From Iphione sp. A-MEVVRFRX5 (Eukaryota), in the NCBI GenBank assembly GCA_976226885.1, contig OZ320315.1, forward strand, positions 86,738,001-86,802,000: a DNA stretch of 64,000 nucleotides, read 5' to 3'. The first letter of the stretch is position 1. Each line of letters opens with the position of its first letter. This document shows positions 49,813 to 62,555 of this stretch, one piece after another. The notes under the pieces were generated by a model. That model saw only the letters and a list, made by a program, of their open reading frames with translations. It did not search any database and had not been told where the DNA came from. Made by a program: the position numbers and the translations under genes.

Positions 49813-52800
49813 GAGAATGTATCATTTCTTTGTTCTCTGCACTATGTTTTCTATTCCTTTAGGAGGTGGTGACCTGCATATAGCTGTGATATAATCGTTT
49901 CACACATCTGTATTTGACTTTGAGCCTCTGTCAGTCCCTCTGCGCTCTGTTGTTTCTACGTTTACCAGGGTCTGGCTGGCATGTAGCTCTTATGTAATTA
50001 TTTCGCCCGTCTCTGACGCTTCCTTTGTTCTCTGCAGTCTGCACGTCTGTATTTGACTTTGAGCCTCTGATAGTCGCTCGGCGCTATGTTGTCTGTGACC
50101 CTTCCTTTGTTTATCTGCAGTCCGGTTAACTGAATGTATTTCCTATGTTAAATGCTCAAAAATGCAGCTAAATTTCGTCGGAATACGGAAAGGGGGGGTC
50201 CGGTTAAGTAATATAATTTTAATAGAAAAAAACCTTGGTTATTCAAATACCATCCGGTTATACGATGATTCCGGATGGGAGGGGTCCGATTAAGGGGGGC
50301 ATAGAACACATACATACAGGTACATAGAATTTACCTGCGTCATCCCTAAATGATTATGTGACATTACTTTATCTGTCCTTCTCATCGAAATCTTGGCGCA
50401 GTAACCCAGATTATACCATATGCATGTACATGTAGTTTTATTTTCTTACTTGTGAACATGTGGATTTCGCTCCTAAATCACGCGAGTGGACATGTTTAGA
50501 TCTTCCTCTGTGTGAAACTTGGGTCTTCTTTGTGTCCACGCTTCTGTTCTGATAATAGGGGTACCGGCAGGCGAACGGTGTGGGAGAATCTCTTTCATCC
50601 GAGTGATCTTGAATCTCGCCAAAGCCCGCTTGTCATTTGTTAACCAGCATATCCTCTATTTTAGCTGCAGTACTTCTGTAATTTACATTCCCTGACTAAC
50701 TAACGCGTACCTATTTTTTTTATTTCCATAATTTCTTACACATCACACGTCAGTCAAAAGGCTGATTCTGAGTCTGTTGTTGTTGATCTTATTGCGTCAT
50801 CTTTTTATATGATTATTGAAGATTTTTTTTGTCATTTAAATCATAAGTATCATGTACAGTGTCGGCTATAGCAGTTACTAGTACAATGCACATGTTTTCG
50901 GAGAAGAAGCAGAATGAAAAGACGTATAGTCAGTACAGCTAGAGTGTTTTCTAAAGGGATTTTAACATCATGTAAATGAGGTATTGCGCATTCCCCATCC
51001 TCTTTTCTTTTTACTGATCTCAAATAACAGTATACTTTATATAATGAGTATCCGTACGGTATAACGGTCCCGATTTGATGCCTCCAAGGATTTCCAGGTA
51101 AGTGAACTTGTCTGGTTCAGTACAGGTCTGTCCAGCTTTGGTGCTTCCAGCCTCCAAGGGTTCAAACCTCGTTTAGATATGGACAATAGCTTAGAACATG
51201 GTAGGAACCTGCCTCAATGGCTGTGTGTGTTACATCGTTTTTCGCTCCCACGGTTTTGCTCGATGGCATGCAGTTCCTGTGCACGGCGCAGTGGCTTTGT
51301 CCCAGGAGTGTCTGACAGAGGGGTCAGGGACACCATATACTGTTCTCTACACTGTACCAATGTGTCTGTCAAGGAGAAATGAATAAACACATTCTGATTC
51401 TGATTCTGATATGACGGACAATGCTCCGTTATCTATCGTCCGTAAAGTCTCATTGCCCCTGCAGTTGGTTAGATTAAGAGCTCCCCATTAGCTTATGTAC
51501 AAGTATTTCCATAAAATCATCCATTAAACAGTTTCTTTTTCGGTCAGGGATGGAAATGGTCTGATATTGTCGGATGATGGACATTGCACATATGGACATC
51601 ATATAGCACATAGCAGTGGTCTTGACATACGACGGACGATAGAGCATCGGCTGCCATATCGCAAACATGGCACTAGATCTCTCATGTCGCCCAAACCAGG
51701 CCGGTCCCAGTTGTCGGNNNNNNNNNNNNNNNNNNNNNNNNNNNNNNNNNNNNNNNNNNNNNNNNNNNNNNNNNNNNNNNNNNNNNNNNNNNNNNNNNNN
51801 NNNNNNNNNNNNNNNNNNNNNNNNNNNNNNNNNNNNNNNNNNNNNNNNNNNNNNNNNNNNNNNNNNNNNNNNNNNNNNNNNNNNNNNNNNGCGTATGTCT
51901 GTTTATTCCGGTGTGTAGCAGTTTTCAGCAGTTCTGTAAAGTCAAGATCATATTTCAATGGTAAGGTCATATGATAAACGAATAAAGCAAGATCGCTCCT
52001 TCGGCAGCCTTTTTACTTGTGGTCACACTACCTGTTGAAACGTTGTGGGTCGAGGTCTCATCTCACTCTTTCTCACACTACATGTACTACAATGTGAATA
52101 AAAGTGTTTTTTTAACATTCCTTTTGTTTTATATCTGCAAGTATTTGAGAATAAACGCTTGGGTCTGTTGGCAGCGCTATATGTTGCCCTAATTTCCTCG
52201 GGGTGTAGCGATATATCAGCTCGTCTGTTCAGCCTTGTATGTCTGGTGCTGCTGACGAATATACTGCCTTTCACTGGGCCCCGTCCCTACCATGTTTACC
52301 TGTCGATTGTTGGTTGTCATGTGTGTGTGTGTGTGCTCTCCCTCAACTACTGACCTTTCTCGATCCAAGCGCTTCAGACATCCAACTCTCCCCATAAAAT
52401 ATTTGAAGAAGGCCGTAACTGGCCGAAAGCTTGCATCACATATACCATATTAAAGAGAAGAGCCAACCAGTTCCTCAGGAACTGTTGTGATTTGTTCTTC
52501 CTACATGTCTTTCCCCATGGAATGAACGTTGACAACCAAATACTATTAAAGAAAGCCTTTCTAAGCTCACTGCAATTGTTGGCAAACGGCTTTGGCCAGA
52601 GAAAAAGTACCTCATTTGTAAATCGATAGCATAAAAACTGCAGCTGCCACAGGTTTGGCTCAATTTCCACTCAAACAGGTGTGGAAACACAGATACATTG
52701 ATATAGAGGTGTCCATGTTTCCACCGAGCCTCTGTATAAATATTTACACAGACAGGTCATGGAACACACATGGAACACGCAAATACGGGTAACATGGAAA

Positions 52801-54243
52801 TAAAGCATAATTGCAGATAGCCTCTTTTTTCCAGACTGTAGGGACCTAATGAATTCTATCATGACTGAGTGTACTTGTTGAAGGTTCCTTCCCCTCCCAT
52901 TCCCTTCCCTTCTAAAGCTGCCCCCCCCCCCGCCCTTACTTTCTAGACGTCTCTAGCCCTACAAACACTCCGTGTGATTAGCTGCTGGGATTATTTGCCT
53001 TTCCCTCTAACCTCCCCCCCCCCCTTGCTCCCTTGCAAAGAGGACCAGCAAGGTAGCATGCACTACACAGAGTGGGAATGGCAACAATTGACACTAATGA
53101 CTGACAATAATTTAGAAACATCACAGTGCGGTCGACCTTACCCATTTATATTGATGTATGTGTTTGCAAGAGTGCATCCTGGTCTCTCGGGTGATGGGCT
53201 GGGTTGGTAAATTCGGCTGGTAGCTCTTGAATGAGGTGATTTCCACCTGTAGAGGCATCACTCCCGCTCATTTATTTACAGACTGTGGTTGCACGCACCC
53301 CTGTACAGACGCTTCGTTCAGAAGCGCTGATGCATCAGCCTTAGGGATAGGTGGTTACTGGTGACCTGATATAGGCAAGCACGACGGCACGAGTATCCGA
53401 ATACAAATTTATTTCATCATTGGGTATAGATTGTGATCTCAGTAGAGACCCTATCCCTGCAACTCACAGGTGTGCCCATGTGTTCAGAGAATCAGTGAGT
53501 ATATAAGATGAGATGATGCAGATAAGGGCGTTTCACATGTACCCATATTCTGCGATGCAAACGGGTGCATTTGCATAGTATTTAAGCCATCACTATCTTT
53601 CAGATGCACCGGTAGCCTATGCCAAAGGATCCGTTTGTGTAAGTCTGACTCCATCCGGGACAGATTTTCTACTGCTACAGATGCGCACCTCATAGACTTC
53701 TATATTGAAAGGCATGCGGTTACCATATGCATTAGCTTAAGGACCGTACAGTTCACACGGGATAGCTACAGTATTGGATATGTTTGCATAACTTTGGTAT
53801 GGATCACATCCCCACAGAGGGATGGCCCTACACAGCTGGCCATTATATGGATATGGTTCATTTAACACAACATGAGAAACAAATCCATGACAGTGTATCC
53901 AGAAACAGAACAATGCCCCCTTGCCCCGGCTGCTAATCGGAGGCTGGTAAAAAAAAAAAAACTTAAGACGTTGCAAGATCAACATGAGTGATGCAAAGCT
54001 GAAGGCAATAGCAGTAGCAGCAGTCGTAGCCATGGTACTTAGTAACAACATTCGGCAAGCAGCCAAGCTAGACCAACCTTCTCCACACAGCCCCACATGC
54101 AGATCATGCAGTAGTAAAATTTATATCTGGCTGTGCAGGTGCTCTGTGGTCAGTGTCAGTAGAAGCCACGACATTATTATTATTATCCTCGAGCAAATTG
54201 GTGTCCCTGTATAGGATCCACGGAAGTGACTTTATGCAGTCTC

Positions 54244-54423
54244 CAGTAAAACATCAGCACTGGGGACACGCTTCATTCCCAATGAAAATGTCCCTATTTA
54301 GGGGTTGTCCCCAGTTACAGATAGTACCATGTACAGCCCAAATAAGAAGCTGTTCCAGGCTAAAGTATCTCCAGTCAAGGGGCGTTCCCTGTATCAGGTG
54401 TCCCCAGTTCTGAGGTTCTACTG
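54244..54423. mobile_element. 180-bp Tc1/mariner-like MITE
   Basis: 26-bp TIRs cagtaaaacatcagcactggggacac / gtgtccccagttctgaggttctactg (3 mismatches); TA on the right flank only. Confidence 0.6.
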
Positions 54424-56164
54424 TACATCCATCAATACAAGGAAGAGGACTTGGGAGACTCACTATGAATATGGTTGTAAACACACGAGAAGGTTGGTCT
54501 CTCTATACATGTATCTGCACGTATCGTTGGTTGACTATCCTTCGCTGGTCGCAGACCCTAACTAGGTTACCCCAAACATAATTACCCTTGTCTGTGACAT
54601 AGTGGATAACAGGGTTGAGCACAGAGAAGTAGTGTGGTCAGATTGGCTTAAGATCCAGGCTGCCCATAGACAGCTGGCTTCACAAAGGGGGATGGCATTC
54701 CATTCACACTTGTCACGGCAGGTACATCCATATAATTTAGCAACACATTGTTATCTGCTTGCATGGGGAGACAGTCAAGACTACTACAACCTAGCAACCC
54801 AGTCCATGAGGAAGCAAAGGCTGCAGAATAGCTGAGTTACGAAAAGACTAGGAAAAGACTATCTAGAGAGGTGAACAAGGAGAGGAAAAGCAGACATAAT
54901 AAGCCACACGGACTAGAAATACACGTAAGAATCTGATGGCTTCTAATGCGTCTCCAGCTTCATGGTAGGATTCCTGAATGTTTTTCGCTTTGTAGATAGC
55001 AGATTGCCGTCTGGTGGAAGAGACTGGGCAGGTGGTGGTGGTTTGATGTCCTCCGTCTGTGTCATTGTTGATCCCTTTTCTAAGCAAGTGGTGCTGTTAA
55101 ACTAATACATAATTACAATAGGTTACTGGTTGCCATTTTAGTGGTCGGTGATTTTTTTTTTATCTCACATTCGCTCCATCATGTATAGTTGTATACATGT
55201 GCGTAAAGATATCCAGATTTTGCTAACTTGTTCGGGTTTCAGTATGTATGTATATATGCATATATAAGTATGTGAGTATTAGTGCTAGTGATTTGCTTCT
55301 TTGAGGTTTACTGTTGACAAACAGGTCAACTATAATGCCTCCACACCTATCTGCTTTTTTTCTATTAAAACTGCTTCTTTGATTGAATGCTTTAATTTGA
55401 TTAAACTCCTCGCAGTTTCCCCTCACAAACTCACAGAACGTTCCACTAGTAGACGGGTGTGGAGTCGACACGTCGGTTGCTGCCCTATGACATCTCTCGG
55501 TAGATGACTTTGCGCGCACGCAACAGACCATCATACATGTATGCATATGTCACCCACTGTTCTTTCTGTGACAGGAATTCTGTGTAAATGATGTGTTTGG
55601 CTCTATATACTGTAACATGTCTAATGTCGAGATAAGCTCTAGTAGCTAACGAGACTGTATTATAATTGAATTTGACAAAAACAGATGAATAATGCTCACT
55701 CCAAATACACTAATATAGTTGTGCATGGAATGGTCTCTCTCGTAAGTGCAAAGAGTAAGGGTCTGTTTATTCCAGAAAACATGGCTTTATATATGACAGT
55801 GTTACATAAGAGTTGCTAAAAATAGTGTCTAGACATACGTTACTACGCAGCAAATAAACAACCTAAAGTATACCCCTACTACGCAGTACCCAGTCAAATC
55901 CGGGAGCGCCACAGATTTCACCCTGTCACGGATCGCAGACCGTCTCACAGATCGCTTTCACGGACCCTGTCTGACCTTTTAGCATTATACGCTCTTATTT
56001 CATGCACACACTACAATACTGTAGACAAGACTTACACATCGTGCAGTTTGTTTTAAAGACCGTGGTGGTTACTTTTACCATCCACGTGGGTTAAGAAGAT
56101 ACACCTGTACTTGTATATAGAAGCTTGAAACTAATCCATCTTTTTTTTGCCCTCTTGCGCACAG

Positions 56165-56179
56165 CTGACCAACCAGCCG
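56165..56179 (+). CDS. Candidate 15-nt microexon of the SLC35A-like gene (ADQPA)
   Basis: actaatccatcttttttttgccctcttgcgcacAG | CTGACCAACCAGCCG | GTATGT; phase 1-1, no stop. Confidence 0.55.
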
Positions 56180-57841
56180 GTATGTCTTTTTTGTTTCTAT
56201 ATACTCACGATTACATGGCAAAGGCGCTTGTTTTAAGCTTAAACTAAGTCACGTTCACTTTGGAGATTGGCGGTATTGTTTACGCGTGTGCTGGTATAAA
56301 ATATTCATAAACGCCAGGGTGCAACTTGATCGGGACAAAACATGGTGGAGGTGGCCATTTGCTTCCGTTCCTGTCCTGAATGTGAAAGCTTGCACATGCT
56401 GATGCTACTTTAAAAGTAATCACTATTTAGTTGGCACGGTTTGCAGTAAGCTCAGAAAGTTAATCGCGGTTTCTGTCCCCTTCCCCCTTCCCCCCCCCCA
56501 AAAAAAAAATCGTAACTTTTTAAAGGAGGAGCGAACAATAAATCTATCTTAGTGGGAATTTGATTTTTGCTTGCCAAGGTGCGCCTCTCTGGTCTTGCCG
56601 GATATCATGTCACAATGCATGAGGAAAACACACTGCCGTCCCTTCCTTATGTTAAATCCACCTCATTGTTGTGTAGGGCACATGCTGAGGGCCTTGGGTT
56701 CTTGCCCAATGTTTTTATAATTTTCTTAGGGGGGGAGGGGATGGATAGGTTGGAAGAAATGATATGGACGCCAGTGGTGAATGCCTTTCGATGATCCCGG
56801 TGTTTCATCCAAACACTTCTACCACGCCGAACACTATGTCAGCATCATTAGTAGGAAAAAAGCACGTTTAAATATTTCCTCCTGCCGCCGCCTGGCGAAA
56901 CTTGCCGCCGCCGATGAGAAGACCTTGGTGGTTAAAGATCACCGTTGTCTTTTGAGTTTCGAGCAGAGAAGCTGGGACACGCACAGGTGTGGTTGTAACC
57001 ATGGTAACAACCCCACGCCCCCCCCCCCAACACACACACAGACACACACCCCTCCGCCAGTGCGGGAGATATATCTACGTGGCAGTCGAGGCACGGAAGC
57101 CACCGCCGGGGCGCGAGAGAAGCACCGAGTTTTATCGGCCGAGAGGAGGGCTTGGGGTAGGGCTGGCCGTCGAGGAAAGAAAGTCCCTGACTGTCCTGAC
57201 GGTGGATATATTAGTGATTACCGGACGGCCACACTACACTTTGCACTCATATGACGGGTTGCAACGCGTCCCAGTTGCGACTTAAGACTTCAGACGGGGA
57301 GAGAATGTGTTTATGTGTGTATGTGTGGATGCCGGGTCCCTTGAAGCGGCGGTATACTTTATACTGAACTGCCCTCCTGGAGCGACGTCTCAAGCAGCAC
57401 CACCAGCACCACCACTAACCACCACCACCACTACCGCAGCAGGACACCGCTCACGCCCCACGTCACGACAACCCCGGTGTAGCAGTTCATGTGATGGTTT
57501 GATGTTCGGAGGCGGGTTGACGGAGGTTGACGTCTCGTTGTCGAGCTTTTTTCTCTGTTAGTTTTTTTTTATTTACCTACCTTTTCGCCTCTAACCGTAT
57601 CGGGTTATGCAAGCCTATGCTGCTTTGTGCTGGGTTTGGTTTGGACACGTATGCCTGTATGTGTGTGTTGGAGGTGGGGGGGGGAGGGTGAGGGGGTGAG
57701 TATTGACTAATGTGCGGCACCCGGTGCGGCCAGGAGTTGGGACCACATGCGTGTTATGCACCTGCTGGGCTGGTCGATCAGGGTGCATGCTTCATTATTT
57801 GTTAGACTACCTTATTTAAAATGGCTGCAGGAAGAAGAATG

Positions 57842-57998
57842 GAAAGTAGATCTGTCAGCTGCCTCGTTCTTACAGAGAGAGATAGTATCACTACGCCTGT
57901 ATGTTAGGGAAGTAGACTGGAAAGTAAATCTGTCAGCTGTTTCCTTCCTGCTGAGAGAGATAGTATCACTACGCCTGTGTGTATATTAGGAAAGTAGA
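57842..57998. repeat. Tandem duplication, ~78-bp unit
   Basis: Two copies of ggaaagtaRatctgtcagctg...gagagagatagtatcactacgcctgt. Confidence 0.8.
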
Positions 57999-58813
57999 AT
58001 AGACAGATATGTTAGGAACATTCCTAACTTTCTCTCCACTAATTGCAATCAGTATAATTGCCGAAGGCGCTTGTAACATGTATAAAAGTGGCCTCTTAAG
58101 CTTAAAGGATTAACAGGAGAAGTTTTAACAATTAACTAAACTACATATACATATACGCATGCCTTAGGCATGGCATCCGACGGCTTAAGCTCATGCAGCA
58201 GGGGATGTGAATGGACACAATAGCCACGTGCAGTTATTGAAGGTGTCCTTTTAGGAGGAGGTGAGGGGGAGTTGGAGATCTTTTTATAATATGCAGGACC
58301 GATTTCAAGGCACCATGATTGCGGTTGGGTAGGATTGTCTAGATTAGACAGCATTTTCATTTTGCCGGTATAAGTATGACGGGAAGTAGGAAGAACATTT
58401 TTGGACTAGATGACCTAGAATGACCCCTCCCCCCACCTCGTAGTACTAACCGCCCGGATGGTGTGGCGAGGAGAGACTCGTTTAACGTGTTTGAGCTTAG
58501 AGAGGCCTGCATGAGCTCTCTTAACTAAACCACGTGTACAGCCATGATCGATGCATACTTTCCATTGCTCGTTTGTTACAGAGTTGGTAGTGGCTAAGTG
58601 AACTCCTCTACTGTCGGCAGGAAACGAAACTCGGCGAAGTTTTTAGCACGGACATCGTAAAGATAAGCGTATCATCTATGCCGAACGGAGCACCTACAGA
58701 GGACTGGCAGGGTGTTGGAGCGTTTCCTCTTTCCCAAAGGACTATAAAGCATTCACTTTGTACCCTGTAGTTAGATCGAGGCACCACACACTGACACACG
58801 CACACACCTCACG

Positions 58814-59006
58814 ATGGCGTCAGGCAGGAGGCGTGTCCACAGTTCAGGCGACTTTATCGCCAGTACCGATGCCACAGACAAGCAATCACTTGATGCAGGA
58901 GCAAGCCCGGCCACGGCCCCTGAAGGGGAAGGAGGGGCTCAGCTGGATGAGCAGTGGATGAAAGAGCAAGGGGTGCAGAGACCGAGCAACCCCAGCAGCC
59001 CCTCTG
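58814..59006 (+). CDS. Candidate alternative first coding exon of the SLC35A-like gene (64 aa)
   Basis: ATG GCG start (MASGRRRVHSSGDF...PSSPS), phase-1 donor G|GTAAGG, in frame with the exon at 61511. Confidence 0.6.
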
Positions 59007-61510
59007 GTAAGGCTACCAGTCATGTCTCACTCGTCGCCACCTTGTGTGTCTCACCGGCCTCACTTGTGTGGTGGTGGTGGTAGTGGTGGGAGGGGGGGGG
59101 GCATTACCTCCTTCTCTCAGGGCACCGCCGGTTTTAGATTCCCACGCCAAAGGGGATACCTTTATATGATTGGTATCTATTGTTGCGGAACGCCTAGGCC
59201 ATTTATGAATCTTCCTCGATTTGGTGGACGTTTACCCTTCGGTCTTGTTCACCTTGTGTATCTCTTTCAGTAATGGTGTATAACTGCACGCAGTACTATT
59301 TCTGCTTGCGAAGTGTCGGGAATTCTAATACACGTGCATGTTGAATAATACTTTTTACTTTTTTTGGCATCTGCCTGTAAGGAGAGGTAAGTGGAACACC
59401 GCTAGAGTCAGAACAATCACGCGTCCCTTCCCGTCACGTGACATTTGCCAGGATTTATAAATCATGACGAAGTTAGCTGTCTAGCAGCATACGTGTATCG
59501 CACAGAAAGTGTTATGTTTGAAGATGGTTTTATATATGAGAACATAAGTAAAAGCCTAGTTTGATAAGAGTCTTGAATAAGTCATTAGAACGGTACTGAG
59601 ACACTACATACGCTATATTTAGGCGATAATTTTGGAATCCTCAGAGTGGGAAAGCATCTCTAGGTAAAGAAACATTTCATGTTTGATAAGGACTGAACCA
59701 CCTACTCCCTCTACATGTGTTTTAGTTAAGTTTGGTGTCTGTCTTTTTTAACTACTCGACGAGCATTTACCATGCAACATAATGCACACTCGGAATATGA
59801 TGCAAAAGCTACACGTCCTTGCATTGAGGCAGTTTAGGACGGTTTACTTGTACATGTTCTGCTATGTTACCTTATTCCACCTTGAGCCTTGGGTAAGGAT
59901 GCCAGACCATAAATGTAGTGTATTTATTGTGGGACATGTACAGACCATACTGTGCCATACTGTAGAGTTTTGAGGAGCGAATGGCAGATTGTGAGTCATG
60001 TCATTGTCTGTACGGGGACTTTTTTCTCATTTAAACCACCCCTACCTACAACTGTATGATTAGCCAGTCCTAGTAAGGGAGTTGGGTCCAGCCAGGCGCA
60101 ACCAAGATGGCTGTCGAGGCTGAGTAGTTCTCTGAGGTGCAGGTAAGACAGCCAATGAACTGCCTGTTGAAATGACTGCCATCTAGTGGAATAAAAGCTC
60201 ATTGCCCCCTCATGGGACAGTTCCCCTAGGCTGAGAAGGTTCCCATGAGAACACCCGCCTCGCCAGCCCTCGGTTGCGTGATTAGAGGACAGCAGCTTTA
60301 GCTGTTGAAGTTGAACACTCAAGAAGTGTAAGCAAAGGTTTATAGAAATGGACAAATACATAAAGTTTATAGGTTTAACACGAATCTGCAATGCAAGAAA
60401 AACTGCACAGTTTCCATAGATATGCTGCTGTAGCTACCTCGTGTGAACTGCACAGTCTTCCCGCTGTGATGCCCCAAAGAAGTTGCCATGGATATGCTTC
60501 AGTTTCCACACGAAAAACAATATTTCCACAGATCAATTCAATTTCCACCAAAAAATCTGGAAAATTTCCACAGATCCGCTCCCATTTGCACAAAAACTGC
60601 ACACTTTCAACTTATATTGTTTGTCTACGAGAAATATAAAGCTGAGAATTTTAGGGTAGGATGATTGGCATCAGAGTGAATGTGCATATTGAATATTTTT
60701 TTCTAGTAAGCAAATTATGAAGTATTTTTTACTCAAAACTATTAGAACTATACATTACAATCTATGTTACCCTCGATTCATGAATCGTCGCACCAATTCA
60801 TAAACTGTATATTGATTGCATAAGCTATACTGTAGTAGAATAACGAAGTTTATGTTAGTGTTGAATGAACTTGGAACGGTATTGAATCTGTTTGTCAGAT
60901 CATCTCATCTTTCATTATTTGTACGTCGTTGGACCCTGGTCAATATACATAGTTTTATGTATTTCACCTCCAGGTTAAATAAAAGTTTTCAAAAAAAAAA
61001 AATATTGTATATTTGGACATTTTCACGAAAAGCATATAATTTCCACAAATATGCTTCTCTCCCTGCACATTCATATTTAAATGATAAGTATAAGCTCTAG
61101 CAATAGTTAAACCGTTCAACACTTCAATGAATGCAAGAATAATGCTCTAACATTGTCTAGTCTCTGTGGCACAATGAATAGGGGCGCCGGTCCATACAGA
61201 GGATATTTGTTGAGAGATCACTCATTCACCAGGCTGATTAAATCCCAGCTGATCCCCAACTGATATCAGCCAACACCGACATCAGACATATCCAAACAAG
61301 AAAATCTCACAAGGTGACCAAAAGATGGTGATATTACGCCAGTATATAGTCCTCAGTGGGATGGTAAGGACATAGAGAGAAAAAGATGGCACGGGTGGTA
61401 TAAGTGAATATAAATGTAATGCTGCGTTGTTATTTTCTTCCTTCTAACCTGCCAACGCCTGTAATGGTTCTAAATGTGCATACTTAAGACAGTCGTATTG
61501 TTCTTTGCAG

Positions 61511-61695
61511 AGGTCAGCGGTATGTTGAAGTACGTCTCCTTGGTGACTTTGACGCTGCAGAATGCCTTGCTCATCCTGGTCATGCGATATGTCCGAGTGC
61601 GCTTTCCAGCCGATGATCTCTTCATATCCACCACAGCCGTCATTATGTCGGAACTTGTTAAATTAACCTGTTGTACGGCGATCATTTTTGTTCAG
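61511..61695 (+). CDS. SLC35A2: Exon of a UDP-galactose/UDP-GlcNAc transporter (SLC35A2/A3 family); gene continues beyond the window
   Basis: EVSGMLKYVSLVTLTLQNALLILVMRYVRVRFPADDLFISTTAVIMSELVKLTCCTAIIFVQ matches TM1-TM2 of SLC35A2/3 (LKY-S---L--QNA-LIL--RY; F--TTAV-M-E--K). Flanked by ttctttgcAG and CAG|GTGAGT. A2 versus A3 cannot be decided from one exon. Confidence 0.88.
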
Positions 61696-62513
61696 GTGAG
61701 TTCTCTTTTTGCTTGCGTTACTTAATATTCGACATTGCCGTTTGAATTAATTCACATTAACACTACGCCAAACTTTTCGACTTGTGAAGAAAGAATTAAA
61801 TATCTTATAGACTTCAGTTCTACTGCTGTTTAAAGTATAGAAAATGACACACAATTGCTTTTTATATTGCAGAACGTAATTTGATAAGATAATGGATAAA
61901 ATAACCTCATTATCGGGATCATTAGATTATAATTCTTCTTGCGGACGTTATAACCATATGTTCTACATGGCACTTGGCCTAGTTCTCCAGCCAAGTAGAT
62001 GAAACGAAACCAGTCATTGACTAAAACGCTTCCAGCATAAAGAGTAGTTTACTCAATGTTTCAGTGGAGATTCGGTTATCAGATGCTCTAATTTAGGAAG
62101 TCAGACCTCTACAAGTTTCTCCTTGTGTAAATTCTGGTTTGTTATCTTCGTTTTTCTGGGGTCGGCTATTATATAGTGTAATTGCTGTTAATCATGGTTG
62201 ACTAGGCTGAAGTATACCTAGTTTACCGATGGTGTAAGATAGTCATGGGATTATGGGAAGTGCACTGGGTCAGGTCCGTTCATCAGGACTCTTGACCATC
62301 CTTAAGGCTTTTTCGTTTTTAGAATTTGTTAGATTTGGTGCGTATGCTTTAGAAATTGGCAAAACTGCATGCTCGTTTTTATGAAGAAAATTGTTCGTCC
62401 TGTCCTCCTAAAGAATAGACCAGTTTGGAGGTTGGGAGACAAAAGACAGAAGGAAAAATGTCTGTCTGTCCGACCGTTTGTCTCTCCGTCTCTAACAACC
62501 AGATATGCATACA

Positions 62514-62555
<42 letters not shown>

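Noticed and set aside
57307-57561. CpG-rich ORF with Pro/Thr runs as another first exon
   Set aside because: The frame compatible with the downstream phase-1 acceptor has a stop and no ATG; the CAC/ACC microsatellite explains the peptide.
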